From assembly GCA_964516635.1 (NCBI GenBank), contig CAZEZY010000001.1, positions 1 through 52,895 of the forward strand: a stretch of 52,895 nucleotides of DNA. The letters are read 5' to 3'. The translations under genes and the position numbers were made by a program. This document shows positions 1 through 9,785 of this stretch, piece after piece. Position 1 is the first letter of the stretch. The number at the start of each line of letters is the position of its first letter. This DNA is from an uncultured Tepidimonas sp. Lineage in GTDB: Bacteria > Pseudomonadota > Gammaproteobacteria > Burkholderiales > Burkholderiaceae_C. The notes under the pieces were generated by a model. That model was not told the DNA's origin. It saw only the letters and a list, made by a program, of their open reading frames with translations, and ran no database searches.

Positions 1-287
1 CGCCGCGATCAGCGAAGCCCTGAATTATGACACAACTTTTGGCGCCTTGTCAAAGTTTCGAAATGTTTCTTCGAGGCTTTGTTCGCCTGCTGCCGACCTT
101 GTAAGGCGAGCAGCCGTGTGAGGAGCGAGATTGTATATCGGGTTTTCCCGCAATGGCAAGCTCAGTGAGGTTTTTTTTGGTGGGCCCGTCCGGGACAGCA
201 GGTGATGCGCTTGAGGTCAAAGAGAAGATGCCAAGCGCGAAACCGACCGAGGCAAACGGGCCGTTGAACTGTTACGCTCACGGCATC

Positions 288-2189
288 ATGTCACTCATCA
301 ATCTGAACGCCATTTCTCTGGCCTTCGGGCAAGCCCCTCTTCTCAACCAGGTATCCATGGCGCTGGAATCGGGTGAGCGCCTGGGTATCGTCGGAAGAAA
401 TGGTTCGGGCAAATCATCGCTGCTGAAAATTCTGGCAGCCATGGACCAACCTGATGATGGCCGGATTCAGCACCAGTCAGGCATTCGGGTGGTTTACGTG
501 CCTCAGGAACCAGCACTCGACAACGAGATGACGGTGTTCGAATCGGTCAGTGGTGGACTGGATGACGTGAAGCGCCTGAGACAGGCCTACCTGGATCATG
601 AGCCGGGTATCGACCTGGATGCCATACAGACCGAGATTGAAGCGCTGGACGGCTGGAACTGGGAACAGCGCGTACAGGAGAGCCTGACACGACTGGGCCT
701 GGATCCCGAGGCATCGGTCGGCGCTTTGTCGGGCGGTGTTCGGAAACGTGTTGCTCTCGCGCAAGCACTGGTCAGCGTGCCAGACGTGCTGCTACTGGAT
801 GAGCCCACCAACCATCTGGATATGGATGCGATCGACTGGCTGGCCGAATGGCTGAAGTCATTCAAGGGGGCGATTGTGGTGATCAGTCACGACAGGGATT
901 TTCTCGATCGCATCACCACACGCATCATCGAACTGGACCGGGGGCAGTTGTGGTCATATGAAGGGAACTTCAGCCAGTTTCAGGAGCAGAAGGAGGCACG
1001 ACTGGCACAGGAGGCGGTGGTGCAGGCGAAAGCCGACAAGCTGCTGGCCCAGGAAGAAGTCTGGATACGAAAGGGCGTTGAAGCCAGAAGAACCAGGGCG
1101 CAAGCCCGTATAGAGCGATTAAAGGTGTTACGCCATCAAAGAGCGAGCCGCCGGGAGGTGGTTGGACAGGTTCGGATGGAGTTGCAACGGGGCGACGCTG
1201 GCGGCAAACTGATTGCTGAACTCACCAACGTCAGCAAGCATTTTGGAAGCGGTCAGGAGAGAAAGACCGTGGTCAGCCGATTCAGCACCACGATACTCAG
1301 GGGTGACAAGATCGGACTGATCGGACCGAATGGCGCCGGCAAGACAACGCTGCTCAAACTCATCCTCGGCGAAATAGAGCCTGATGAAGGACAGGTGAGG
1401 ACTGGTCAGACGATAGAGGTGGCCTATTTCGACCAGATGCGCCATCAGCTCGACCTGAACGCCACGCTGGAAGACTACATCAGTCCCGGCAGTGAATGGA
1501 TCGAGATCGGTTCGCGCAGGACTCACGTCAAGAGCTATCTGGCCGATTTTCTCTTTTCACCAGCCAGGGCCCACTCACCCGTCAGCAGCCTGTCCGGGGG
1601 AGAGCGCAACCGACTGATACTGGCCAGGTTGTTTGCGAAGCCAGCCAACGTTCTGGTACTGGATGAGCCGACGAACGACCTGGATATCGAAACCCTGGAG
1701 TTGCTGGAACAACGGCTTGCGGATTTTGAAGGCACCGTGTTTCTGGTCAGCCACGATCGACGTTTCCTCGATCAGGTCGTCACCAGCACGCTGGTCTTCG
1801 AGGGCGATGGCCAGTGGCGTGAGTACGAAGGGGGCGTTCAAGACTGGATCATGCAATCGACCCGGATGCACGGCCGCGCACCTGTGTGGCATCCAGAGCC
1901 GCTTCGTGCAACCCCCACCAAGCCAACACCTCCAACGTCTTCAGAGCCATCGCGCCCCCCAGGCCGGCGCAAGCTCAGCTTCAAGGAGCAGCGGGAACTC
2001 GACGCCCTTCCTGCCGCCATCGACGCACTGGAGCAAGAGCAGAAAGCGATCGATGAGTTGCTGGCCGATGGCTCAATCTACAGAACAGATGTGCAACGCG
2101 CCACCTTGCTGGCCGCACGCCATGCGGAAATCGAAACGGCCCTGATGGAAGCCCTGGAACGCTGGGAAGCGCTCAGCCAGAACGCCTGA
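288..2189 (+). CDS. uup: ABC-F family ATPase (Uup-like): two ABC cassettes plus a C-terminal coiled-coil tail
   Basis: ORF 153..2189. Two Walker A motifs (GRNGSGKSS, GPNGAGKTT) and two ABC signatures (LSGGVRKR, LSGGERNR). No TM segments. A Pro-rich linker is followed by KLSFKEQRELDALP and a coiled coil, as in Uup. Start placed at ATG 288 (MSLINLNAISLAFG), giving 633 aa; start uncertain. Confidence 0.9.
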   Translation: MSLINLNAISLAFGQAPLLNQVSMALESGERLGIVGRNGSGKSSLLKILAAMDQPDDGRIQHQSGIRVVYVPQEPALDNEMTVFESVSGGLDDVKRLRQAYLDHEPGIDLDAIQTEIEALDGWNWEQRVQESLTRLGLDPEASVGALSGGVRKRVALAQALVSVPDVLLLDEPTNHLDMDAIDWLAEWLKSFKGAIVVISHDRDFLDRITTRIIELDRGQLWSYEGNFSQFQEQKEARLAQEAVVQAKADKLLAQEEVWIRKGVEARRTRAQARIERLKVLRHQRASRREVVGQVRMELQRGDAGGKLIAELTNVSKHFGSGQERKTVVSRFSTTILRGDKIGLIGPNGAGKTTLLKLILGEIEPDEGQVRTGQTIEVAYFDQMRHQLDLNATLEDYISPGSEWIEIGSRRTHVKSYLADFLFSPARAHSPVSSLSGGERNRLILARLFAKPANVLVLDEPTNDLDIETLELLEQRLADFEGTVFLVSHDRRFLDQVVTSTLVFEGDGQWREYEGGVQDWIMQSTRMHGRAPVWHPEPLRATPTKPTPPTSSEPSRPPGRRKLSFKEQRELDALPAAIDALEQEQKAIDELLADGSIYRTDVQRATLLAARHAEIETALMEALERWEALSQNA

Positions 2190-2214
2190 TGGCATCACAG
2201 TACAACCGACCACC

Positions 2215-2844
2215 ATGACCGCCACCGAACTGGGCGCCTTGCTCACACTGGCCACAGCAACCAGTTTCACACCCGGGCCCAACACGACCTTGTCGACGGC
2301 CTTGGCTGCCAACTTCGGCATCAGAAGAGCCATGCCTTTTGTGTGCTCGGTACCCGTTGGATGGACCCTTCTCCTGACCCTGTGTGCAGCGGGGGCGGGC
2401 GCCGTCATCATGGCCGCCCCTCTGCTTCGAGGCGCCATCGTGGCGGGCGGATGTGGCTATCTGCTCTGGCTGGCCTGGCGCCTGGCTGGAAGCCAGTCGT
2501 TGTCGAACGCCCACCCAGCCAGTCTGCAGGTGACATTCTTTCGGGGCGTGGGCTTGCAATTTCTGAATATCAAGGCATGGATGCTCGCCCTCTCGATCGT
2601 GGCAGGCTGGATTGCCGGGCATCCGGATGCCATGCAGAGGTATGGACTGGTGGTGCCAGTCATGGTCTTTTTTGCGTTCGCCAGCAATCTGGCCTATGCC
2701 TGGATGGGGGCCGCTTTGCGTGGCTGGCTGAGTGGCCCTGTGATCCATGGACAACCCAGCCAGCGAAGGCTTTGCTGGTTCAACCGATGCATGGCGGTCG
2801 CGCTCATCTTCACCGCTTTCTGGTTGCTGGCAACGGGACTTTGA
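2215..2844 (+). CDS. LysE/RhtB family amino-acid exporter
   Basis: 209 aa with about 6 hydrophobic helices. The N-terminal SFTPGPNTTL motif is typical of LysE-type translocators. Confidence 0.8.
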   Translation: MTATELGALLTLATATSFTPGPNTTLSTALAANFGIRRAMPFVCSVPVGWTLLLTLCAAGAGAVIMAAPLLRGAIVAGGCGYLLWLAWRLAGSQSLSNAHPASLQVTFFRGVGLQFLNIKAWMLALSIVAGWIAGHPDAMQRYGLVVPVMVFFAFASNLAYAWMGAALRGWLSGPVIHGQPSQRRLCWFNRCMAVALIFTAFWLLATGL

Positions 2845-2901
2845 TTCTTGGGCAAACCATCAGGCGCCGGTAGGATCACCCGATTGGACAAGGACTGAAT
2901 C

Positions 2902-4155
2902 ATGCACTGGACACTTGCCCATCGGGCTCAAAAAATGAATCCTTCGGTGATTCGCGAAATTCTGAAAGTGACCGAACGACCTGGGATCATCAGTTTTGCA
3001 GGTGGATTGCCATCCCCGAAGACCTTCCCTGTCGAGGTGTTTGCCGAAGCCTGCGCCAAGGTATTGAAAGAGGATGGTCATTCTGCGCTCCAGTACGCCT
3101 CGAGTGAAGGGCTGGTGGCGTTGCGTGAACAGGTGGCCGCCATGCTGCCATGGGAGGTCGATCCGGGACAGGTCCTGATCACGACGGGTTCCCAGCAAGG
3201 GCTCGATCTGGTTGGCAAGGTGCTGATCGATCCAGGCAGCCGGATTCTCGTGGAAACCCCCACCTACCTGGGCGCGCTACAGGCCTTTGCACCCATGGAA
3301 CCTGAAGTGATCGGTCTGGCTTGCGATGAGGAAGGGCCCCTCCTGCAGGATCTGCAACACCAGCTCGGCGTCGACACCGACCCAACGGACGCGCCAACAG
3401 AGCCGGCCCGGCGGCGTCTGCTGCAGCTAGACCTTGAGCCAGGCAGAACTTTTCCTCGGTTCATGTACCTGCTGCCGAATTTTCAGAACCCCACGGGCCG
3501 CACGATGACCGAGGCTCGGCGCAAGGCAATCAGCGAGGGGTGCTGGGCGCTGGGTCTGCCCATTGTTGAAGACAACCCTTATGGGGATCTGTGGTTCGAT
3601 GCACCGCCTCCTGCCACGTTGACATCCAGGCATCCGAACGGCTGCATTTATCTGGGATCCTTCTCCAAGGTTCTGGCGCCTGGACTGCGTCTGGGCTTCC
3701 TGGTGGCGCCTCCCGATCTGTATCCGAAGCTGCTGCAAGCCAAACAGGCCGCTGATCTGCATACGCCCAGCTTCAACCAGAGAGTCGTGGCCGAAGTGCT
3801 GAAAGACGGGTTTCTTGATCGACATGTGCCCACCATTCGCTCACTGTATCGAGCACAACGCGATGCCATGCTGACAGCGCTGGACCGCAACATGCGCGAA
3901 CTCGATGTGACGTGGAATCGCCCGGATGGCGGGATGTTTCTGTGGGTGCGACTGCCCCAAGGCATGAGTGCGATCGATGTGTTGCCTCATGCCGTGGAAA
4001 AGGGGGTGGCGTTTGTTCCAGGCGCCGCCTTCTATGCTCATGCGCCTGACCCGAGATCACTCCGCCTGTCTTTTGTGACAGCGACGGTGGATCAGATACA
4101 CCAAGGCGTGGCGGCTCTGGCCGAAGCGGTGCGGGAACACAGGGATCGGACCTAG
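2902..4155 (+). CDS. PLP-dependent aminotransferase (class I/II fold, 2-aminoadipate/MocR-catalytic-domain type)
   Basis: 417 aa. Has the SVIREILK..ISFAGGLP N-terminal motif, NPTG, and an SFSKVLAPGLRLG PLP-lysine motif. An insertion lies around residues 160-190. Confidence 0.85.
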   Translation: MHWTLAHRAQKMNPSVIREILKVTERPGIISFAGGLPSPKTFPVEVFAEACAKVLKEDGHSALQYASSEGLVALREQVAAMLPWEVDPGQVLITTGSQQGLDLVGKVLIDPGSRILVETPTYLGALQAFAPMEPEVIGLACDEEGPLLQDLQHQLGVDTDPTDAPTEPARRRLLQLDLEPGRTFPRFMYLLPNFQNPTGRTMTEARRKAISEGCWALGLPIVEDNPYGDLWFDAPPPATLTSRHPNGCIYLGSFSKVLAPGLRLGFLVAPPDLYPKLLQAKQAADLHTPSFNQRVVAEVLKDGFLDRHVPTIRSLYRAQRDAMLTALDRNMRELDVTWNRPDGGMFLWVRLPQGMSAIDVLPHAVEKGVAFVPGAAFYAHAPDPRSLRLSFVTATVDQIHQGVAALAEAVREHRDRT

Positions 4156-4207
4156 TCCGTCACCGCGGTGACTGTGCGGTGCCCCGACGATCGGGACAAT
4201 CGTCTGC

Positions 4208-4876
4208 ATGGGAACGCTTTATCTGGTACGTCATGGCCAGGCGTCTTTTGGCGCCGAAGACTACGATCAGCTGAGCCCGCTAGGCATTCGGCAGAGCATG
4301 CGTCTGGGAGAGCATTTTCGGGAACTGGGCCTTGAGTGGGATGCCGTGATCACGGGTACTCTGCGTCGTCATGAACAAACCTGGGAAAACCTGGCCCGGG
4401 GCATGGGCTGTTCCGTGGAACCGCTGAAATGGCCTGGTCTGAACGAATACGACAGCACCGCCTTGATTGACACCCTGCACGCGGTGCCATCCGATCCGCT
4501 GACGACGTCAGAAGGTTACCGACAACACTTCCGCCTGCTCAGGGATGCACTCCGTCAATGGATGGCGGGCGTCGTGTCACCCAAAGGCATGCCCAGCTAT
4601 GAAGCATTTGTCAACGGCGTGATTTCATCACTCGAACATGTTCGGACGCATCACCAAGGCCATGTGCTGATGGTGACCAGCGGTGGGCCGATCTCAACTG
4701 CTGTGGGCCACCTGCTCGGCACTTCGCCCGAAACGACCATTGAACTGAACATGCGCTTGCGCAATACATCCGTCACCGAACTGCAATACAACGTGAAGCG
4801 TCACACGCTCGTCAGCTTCAATGCCCTTCCCCACTTGGCTCAACCACCCTATCAGGATTGGATCACCCACGCATGA
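4208..4876 (+). CDS. histidine phosphatase (phosphoglycerate mutase-like) family protein
   Basis: LYLVRHGQASF carries the catalytic RHG motif at the N-terminus. 222 aa. Confidence 0.85.
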   Translation: MGTLYLVRHGQASFGAEDYDQLSPLGIRQSMRLGEHFRELGLEWDAVITGTLRRHEQTWENLARGMGCSVEPLKWPGLNEYDSTALIDTLHAVPSDPLTTSEGYRQHFRLLRDALRQWMAGVVSPKGMPSYEAFVNGVISSLEHVRTHHQGHVLMVTSGGPISTAVGHLLGTSPETTIELNMRLRNTSVTELQYNVKRHTLVSFNALPHLAQPPYQDWITHA

Positions 4877-4887
4877 GGCCGATCGGA

Positions 4888-5733
4888 TCACGATTGATCA
4901 GGCCCGTTCACCAGGGTGTCCAACGGCAGTTCAGACAACTCACGCATGAGTGCAGCAAGCGAGCGCCCAGCGGCCTCGACCAGTTGATGGCCCAACTCCG
5001 CATCCGCGCCAGAGGCATCACCCACGGCGCCAGCCCGGTTGTAATCCTGCATTTGCCAGGCCAGCTTGGCGCTGCGCCCATTGCCCAGAATGGGCCAGCG
5101 TTCGGCGCGGATCTGAGCGGTTGAAGCAAAGTGCGCCGCACGATCCATGCGAACCGAGTCTGGCCTAAGCGCCAGCATCATGCTGGTCTCGACCAGGCCT
5201 GCATGCACGCCGAAGCGGTGCTCCTGAGGAGACACTCGCGCATTGAGATCGTTGCCCTGATCATCGATCAACGGTAGATTGAACCAGCTGGCGCCATACA
5301 CCAGAAGGTGATGACGACCACGCAACGCTCGTCCGACCATGTCCATCAGGCCAGCATGCCCCCCATGGGAATTGAAGATGAGGAGTTTCCTCACGCCGGA
5401 TCTGGCAACACAGGCGCCAATGTCGTTCCAGAGCTGCAAGATGGTTTCTGGCTTCAGGGACAGCGTGCCAGGGAAACGCTCATGCTCAGGGCTCAGACCG
5501 ATGGCCTGGGTGGGCAAGACATAAACCGGCCAGCCTGCACCCAGTGAACGACCCGCAGCCGCCAGCACCCCTTCGAGGAGATCGGTGTCCACCGATAACG
5601 GGAGATGTGGCCCATGCTGCTCGGTGGCCGAAACCGGTAAAACGGCTACCGTTCGCGCCACATCGACCATCGCAAAATCGGTGGTGCAGAGATCGCCCCA
5701 TCGGGGCAGGACGGAGGCATTCACTGAGAGCAT
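4888..5733 (-). CDS. creatininase (creatinine amidohydrolase) family protein
   Basis: 281 aa. VLPVSATEQHGPHLPL and FNSHGGH are metal-binding motifs characteristic of the family. Confidence 0.8.
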   Translation of the reverse strand: MLSVNASVLPRWGDLCTTDFAMVDVARTVAVLPVSATEQHGPHLPLSVDTDLLEGVLAAAGRSLGAGWPVYVLPTQAIGLSPEHERFPGTLSLKPETILQLWNDIGACVARSGVRKLLIFNSHGGHAGLMDMVGRALRGRHHLLVYGASWFNLPLIDDQGNDLNARVSPQEHRFGVHAGLVETSMMLALRPDSVRMDRAAHFASTAQIRAERWPILGNGRSAKLAWQMQDYNRAGAVGDASGADAELGHQLVEAAGRSLAALMRELSELPLDTLVNGPDQS

Positions 5734-5992
5734 GACAAATGAGCCTGGGTAGACAAAGAATGATGAGAGGATATCAGTGGAAATGTCACGATGGACGTGC
5801 AGCGATAGTGACCTCGATGCGCGATGATCTCAGGAGAAACGCCGACACGAAAGCCTCGATGACATGGTCTTCGTTTTTGAACAGCCGATGCACTTCTCCA
5901 TCACTTGAAGGACAATCCATGGCCACATCCTGGGCGATGGAACTTTGACCGCCTGAGGTATTCCGAACTTATTCGTTGATGGCCATTTTCTG

Positions 5993-8161
5993 ATGTTTTT
6001 TCGCCTGTTTTCCCTGTTCGTTGCGTGGGTGCTTTTGGCAGCCGGTGGCGCCCTCGCCCAGGGAGTTGTGGTGTCGCCTGCGGTGCAGAGCGAGTTTTCC
6101 CGCGCCGAACTGCTGGTGCATGCCCCTGGCGGGGTGACACCCGGGCAGCCGCTGTGGCTGGGCCTGCAGATCCAGCACGCCCCTGACTGGCACACCTACT
6201 GGAAAAATCCGGGCGACTCGGGCCTGCCCACCGAGATGGAGTGGCAACTGCCCCCAGGCGTGACACCCGGTGAAGTCCAGTGGCCCACGCCGCGCAAGTT
6301 TCCACTGGGCGATCTGGCCAACTACGGCTACGACGGAACGGTGCTGCTGCCTATCCCATTGCGTATAGGGGACGATTTCCAGGGCAACACACTGAGTGTG
6401 GAGGTACTGGCCACCTGGCTGATCTGCCGCAAGGAATGCATTCCCGAAGAAGCCAGCTTCCAGATAAGCATTCCGGCACAACTTTCATCGGCTGCTCATG
6501 CCAAGGCATTTGAGATGGCATGGGCCGCCGCCCCGGTCGTACAGGGAGCAGGCACGAGCCGCCTTGTGGCCAAGCCAGACAGCCTTCAAGTACAGATCGA
6601 CGGTTTGCCCGCCGAATGGCGCGGCCGCCCACTCGAATTCTTCCCCGAAATGCCGGGCTTGATCGAGCCTGGCGCTGCCTGGCAGCAGCAGTGGGCGGCG
6701 AATGTCTGGCAGGCCGAGGTGCCGCTGTCGCGCTTCCGCAGCGACAGTCCGGCGGTGATGGCGTTGGTGGTGGCCCCAGCCAACCCACCCGGCGAAGGCC
6801 CAGGGCTGCGAGGTGTGCGCATGGAAGTGCCCGTACCCGACGGCTGGCCGGCCCTTGCGGCTCCAGGTGCCGGGGCATCGGAAGCGCTGCAGGCCGCACT
6901 GGCTGAAAATGCAGCGCGGGCCGCAGCGGGCACCGCCAGTGGCCCGACACTCACGCTGTGGGCGGCCCTGCTGGGCGCCCTCATCGGCGGGATGATCCTC
7001 AATCTGATGCCGTGCGTGTTTCCCGTGCTGGCGATCAAGGTGCTGGCTTTTTCGCAACACGGCGACAACCAGCGCGCCCACCGCATGGGCGGGCTGGCCT
7101 ACACGGCTGGCGTGGTGCTGTCGTTCGTGGCGCTTGGTGCAGTGCTGCTGGGACTGCGCGCTGCAGGCGAACAACTGGGCTGGGGCTTCCAGCTGCAAAA
7201 CCCGGCAGTGGTGGCAGCGCTGGCGGTGCTGTTCACGGTCATTGGGCTGAACCTGGCTGGACTGTTCGAGTTTGGGCATATCCTGCCCAGTTCGGTGGCC
7301 AGCCTGCAGGCCAAAAACCCGACCGCCGATTCGTTCCTGACCGGCGTGCTGGCCACGGCCATCGCATCGCCCTGCACCGCGCCGTTCATGGGCGCGTCTC
7401 TGGGGCTGGCCATTGCGCTGCCCACCGGGCAGGCGCTGGCGGTATTCGCGGCCCTGGGGCTGGGCATGGCCCTGCCTTATCTGGCGGCCAGCTGGGTGCC
7501 CGCCATCGCCCGGGCACTGCCCCGACCCGGCGCCTGGATGGAAACCTTCCGCCAGTTGATGGCTTTCCCCATGTTCGCCACGGTGGTGTGGCTGTTGTGG
7601 GTACTGGGCCAGCAAAGTGGCATCGACGGCGCCGCGGCCTTGCTGATGCTGCTGGTGGTGCTGGCGCTGCTGATCTGGTCCCTCAACCGCAGCGGCAAGG
7701 TGCGTTCCGTGATCGGATCACTCTCTGTGCTGGGGCTGGCCTGGCTGCTCTGGGCCATTGGCCCCAACGTGACCCGCCTGCAGGATGGCTTGGCGTATTC
7801 GTCTCCCACGGCAGTGGAAGGGGTGATCTGGGAAGCCTGGAGCCCGCAGCGCGAGGCAGAACTGCTGGCAGCGGGCAGGCCCGTGTTTGTGGACTACACC
7901 GCTGCCTGGTGTGTGACCTGCCAGTTCAACAAGCGCAATGCGTTGGCCGACCCCGGTTTTCTCCAGGACGTGGCCTCGCGCAACGTGGCCCTGCTGCGAG
8001 CCGACTGGACGAGCCGCGACCCGGTCGTGACCGAAGCCCTGGCCCGACTGGGGCGCAACGGCGTGCCGGTGTACGTGCTGCATGCGCAAGGTCGAACGCC
8101 GTTGGTACTGTCTGAAATCCTCACCGTCGACGAGGTGCGATCGGCGGTTCAGCAACTGTGA
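5993..8161 (+). CDS. DsbD/ScsB-family transmembrane protein-disulfide reductase
   Basis: Signal peptide, then a periplasmic N-domain (HTYWKNPGDSGLPT, CRKECIPE). The CcdA-like membrane core has NLMPCVFPVL and ASPCTAPFMG. The C-terminal thioredoxin domain has a WCVTCQ active site. Confidence 0.87.
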   Translation: MFFRLFSLFVAWVLLAAGGALAQGVVVSPAVQSEFSRAELLVHAPGGVTPGQPLWLGLQIQHAPDWHTYWKNPGDSGLPTEMEWQLPPGVTPGEVQWPTPRKFPLGDLANYGYDGTVLLPIPLRIGDDFQGNTLSVEVLATWLICRKECIPEEASFQISIPAQLSSAAHAKAFEMAWAAAPVVQGAGTSRLVAKPDSLQVQIDGLPAEWRGRPLEFFPEMPGLIEPGAAWQQQWAANVWQAEVPLSRFRSDSPAVMALVVAPANPPGEGPGLRGVRMEVPVPDGWPALAAPGAGASEALQAALAENAARAAAGTASGPTLTLWAALLGALIGGMILNLMPCVFPVLAIKVLAFSQHGDNQRAHRMGGLAYTAGVVLSFVALGAVLLGLRAAGEQLGWGFQLQNPAVVAALAVLFTVIGLNLAGLFEFGHILPSSVASLQAKNPTADSFLTGVLATAIASPCTAPFMGASLGLAIALPTGQALAVFAALGLGMALPYLAASWVPAIARALPRPGAWMETFRQLMAFPMFATVVWLLWVLGQQSGIDGAAALLMLLVVLALLIWSLNRSGKVRSVIGSLSVLGLAWLLWAIGPNVTRLQDGLAYSSPTAVEGVIWEAWSPQREAELLAAGRPVFVDYTAAWCVTCQFNKRNALADPGFLQDVASRNVALLRADWTSRDPVVTEALARLGRNGVPVYVLHAQGRTPLVLSEILTVDEVRSAVQQL

Positions 8162-8174
8162 CCGGAGGTTCTGC

Positions 8175-8795
8175 ATGCAACGACGCGAATTCACCCTGGG
8201 TCTGACGGGCGCCTTGGCCACCCCACTGCTTTTTTGGCCCGGCATGGCAGGTGCAGCGCAGATTGGCCAGGTCGCACCCACCTTCAGTCTGAAAGACACC
8301 ACCGGCCAGACGGTGAGCCTGGACAGCTTTCGGGGCAGAGCGGTGGTACTCGAATGGCTGAATCCCGGCTGCCCCTTTGTGCGCAAGCATTACCAGGGCA
8401 ACATGCAGGCCCTGCAGCGCGAGTACACCGGTAAAGGCGTGGCCTGGCTGGCGATCAACTCCACCGAAACCGCCAGCAGCGACTACATGGAGCCTGCCCA
8501 ACTGGCTCAGTGGATGAGAGACCAGAAAGCCGCCGCCACCAGCGTGCTGATGGACGAAGACGGCACCACGGGCCGCGCCTACCGGGCACGCGTCACACCC
8601 CACATGTACATCATTCGTTCGGATGCGGTACTGGTTTATGCCGGCGCCATCGACAGCATCGCCACTTCACGGGTGAGCGATATCGAACGTGCCACCAACT
8701 ACATTCGACAGGGGCTGGACGAATTGCTGTCTGGTAAACCACTCAGTGTGGCGACCACCCAGGCGTACGGTTGCACCATCAAATACAAAACCTGA
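8175..8795 (+). CDS. exported thioredoxin-fold redoxin (AhpC/TSA-like) with a twin-arginine-type signal
   Basis: Track ORF 8082..8795 trimmed to ATG 8175 (MQRREFTLGL...AGAAQ). Contains LNPGCPFVRKHY and a C-terminal AYGCTIKYK motif. Lies 14 nt downstream of the dsbD-like gene. Confidence 0.75.
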   Translation: MQRREFTLGLTGALATPLLFWPGMAGAAQIGQVAPTFSLKDTTGQTVSLDSFRGRAVVLEWLNPGCPFVRKHYQGNMQALQREYTGKGVAWLAINSTETASSDYMEPAQLAQWMRDQKAAATSVLMDEDGTTGRAYRARVTPHMYIIRSDAVLVYAGAIDSIATSRVSDIERATNYIRQGLDELLSGKPLSVATTQAYGCTIKYKT

Positions 8796-8808
8796 AGCTC
8801 ATTCATCG

Positions 8809-9201
8809 ATGATCTGGAAAACATCCAGCGGGTTGATGCTGACCCTTGGACTGATGGCATGCTCCGGCGCCCCCGCCGAGTGGCGGGTGAGCCTGGATGA
8901 AGGCCGTGCCATTCTGGAAAGCCGACAGGCGCTGGTGTTTGACATTCGGGAGCCCGAAGAGCACGCCACGGGCGTGGCCGCTGGTGCCTTGCTGCTGCCC
9001 ATGTCCCAGCTTAACCAGCGAGTGGGCGAGATCCCTCTTGACCCATACCAGCCGGTTCTGCTGATCTGCAACACGCAAAATCGCTCGGCCAAGGTCGTGG
9101 AAGCCCTGCGGGAAGCGGGCTGGAGCAATGTGCGCTACGTGCATGGCGGCATGAGTGACTGGGCCAAACGCGGATGGCCCATGATCAAGCCGGCAGGCTG
9201 A
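8809..9201 (+). CDS. exported (probable lipoprotein) single-domain rhodanese
   Basis: Track ORF 8689..9201 trimmed to ATG 8809 (MIWKTSSGLMLTLGLMAC, lipobox-like). The rhodanese active-site loop is LICNTQNRS. The C-terminal HGGMSDW is typical. Confidence 0.8.
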   Translation: MIWKTSSGLMLTLGLMACSGAPAEWRVSLDEGRAILESRQALVFDIREPEEHATGVAAGALLLPMSQLNQRVGEIPLDPYQPVLLICNTQNRSAKVVEALREAGWSNVRYVHGGMSDWAKRGWPMIKPAG

Positions 9202-9261
9202 CCGGGTTATCCCTGACGCGTTGGACCTCGTCATTGCCTCGGGCGTGCGTACACTGCAGGC

Positions 9262-9765
9262 ATGAGCGACATTCAGACCCTGAGGCGCATCCTTTCGAGC
9301 TGCCATACCCTCGCTGTGGTGGGCCTGTCACCGCAATGGCACCGACCGAGCTATTTTGCAGCCAAATACATGCAGGCCCATGGTTATCGGATCGTTCCGG
9401 TGAATCCACTGGTGGCCCGTGAAGGGGGTGACATCCTGGGTGAACGTTGTTACCCCACCGTACAGGCCGCGGCCCAGGCGCTGGCAGCGCAAGGCCATCC
9501 CATAGACATGGTGGACTGCTTCCGCAAGAGCGAAGACATCCCCCCACTGGCCGACGCGGCCATTGAAATCGGGGCGAAATGCCTGTGGCTTCAACTGGGG
9601 GTGGAGCACGCCGAGGCGGAGGCCAAGGCCACCAGGGCCGGTCTGCAGGTGGTTCACGACCGCTGCGTGAAGATCGAACACGCCCGGCTGTTCGGCGGTC
9701 TGAACTGGGCTGGGGTGAACACCAAGGTCATCTCGGCCAAACGCCCGCAGCAACTGCCCTATTGA
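9262..9765 (+). CDS. CoA-binding domain protein (YccU/YneT-like)
   Basis: 167 aa. TLAVVGLS....PSYF...YM...GYRIVPVNP is the characteristic CoA-binding Rossmann motif. Confidence 0.8.
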   Translation: MSDIQTLRRILSSCHTLAVVGLSPQWHRPSYFAAKYMQAHGYRIVPVNPLVAREGGDILGERCYPTVQAAAQALAAQGHPIDMVDCFRKSEDIPPLADAAIEIGAKCLWLQLGVEHAEAEAKATRAGLQVVHDRCVKIEHARLFGGLNWAGVNTKVISAKRPQQLPY

Positions 9766-9785
9766 CCCTTACCCCGAAAGCTTCC

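Noticed and set aside
1-121. Possible 3-prime end of an upstream plus-strand gene (frame 2 reads ...AAISEALNYDTTFGALSKFRNVSS... and stops at 119..121).
   Set aside because: It is too short and carries no recognisable motif, so I cannot tell it apart from non-coding sequence. It is not reported as a feature.
153-287. N-terminal extensions in the ORF track: uup (153), redoxin (8082), rhodanese (8689), metY (9579), hemE (11035), rep (15692), secF (28919), ior (36096), MFS (40538), PTP (42111), slyX (43911), creA (44298), rpoA (48378).
   Set aside because: The extensions overlap the upstream gene or read through intergenic DNA, and they have atypical Arg/Pro/Gly-rich composition. Conserved family N-termini begin at internal ATG or GTG codons that give canonical protein lengths.
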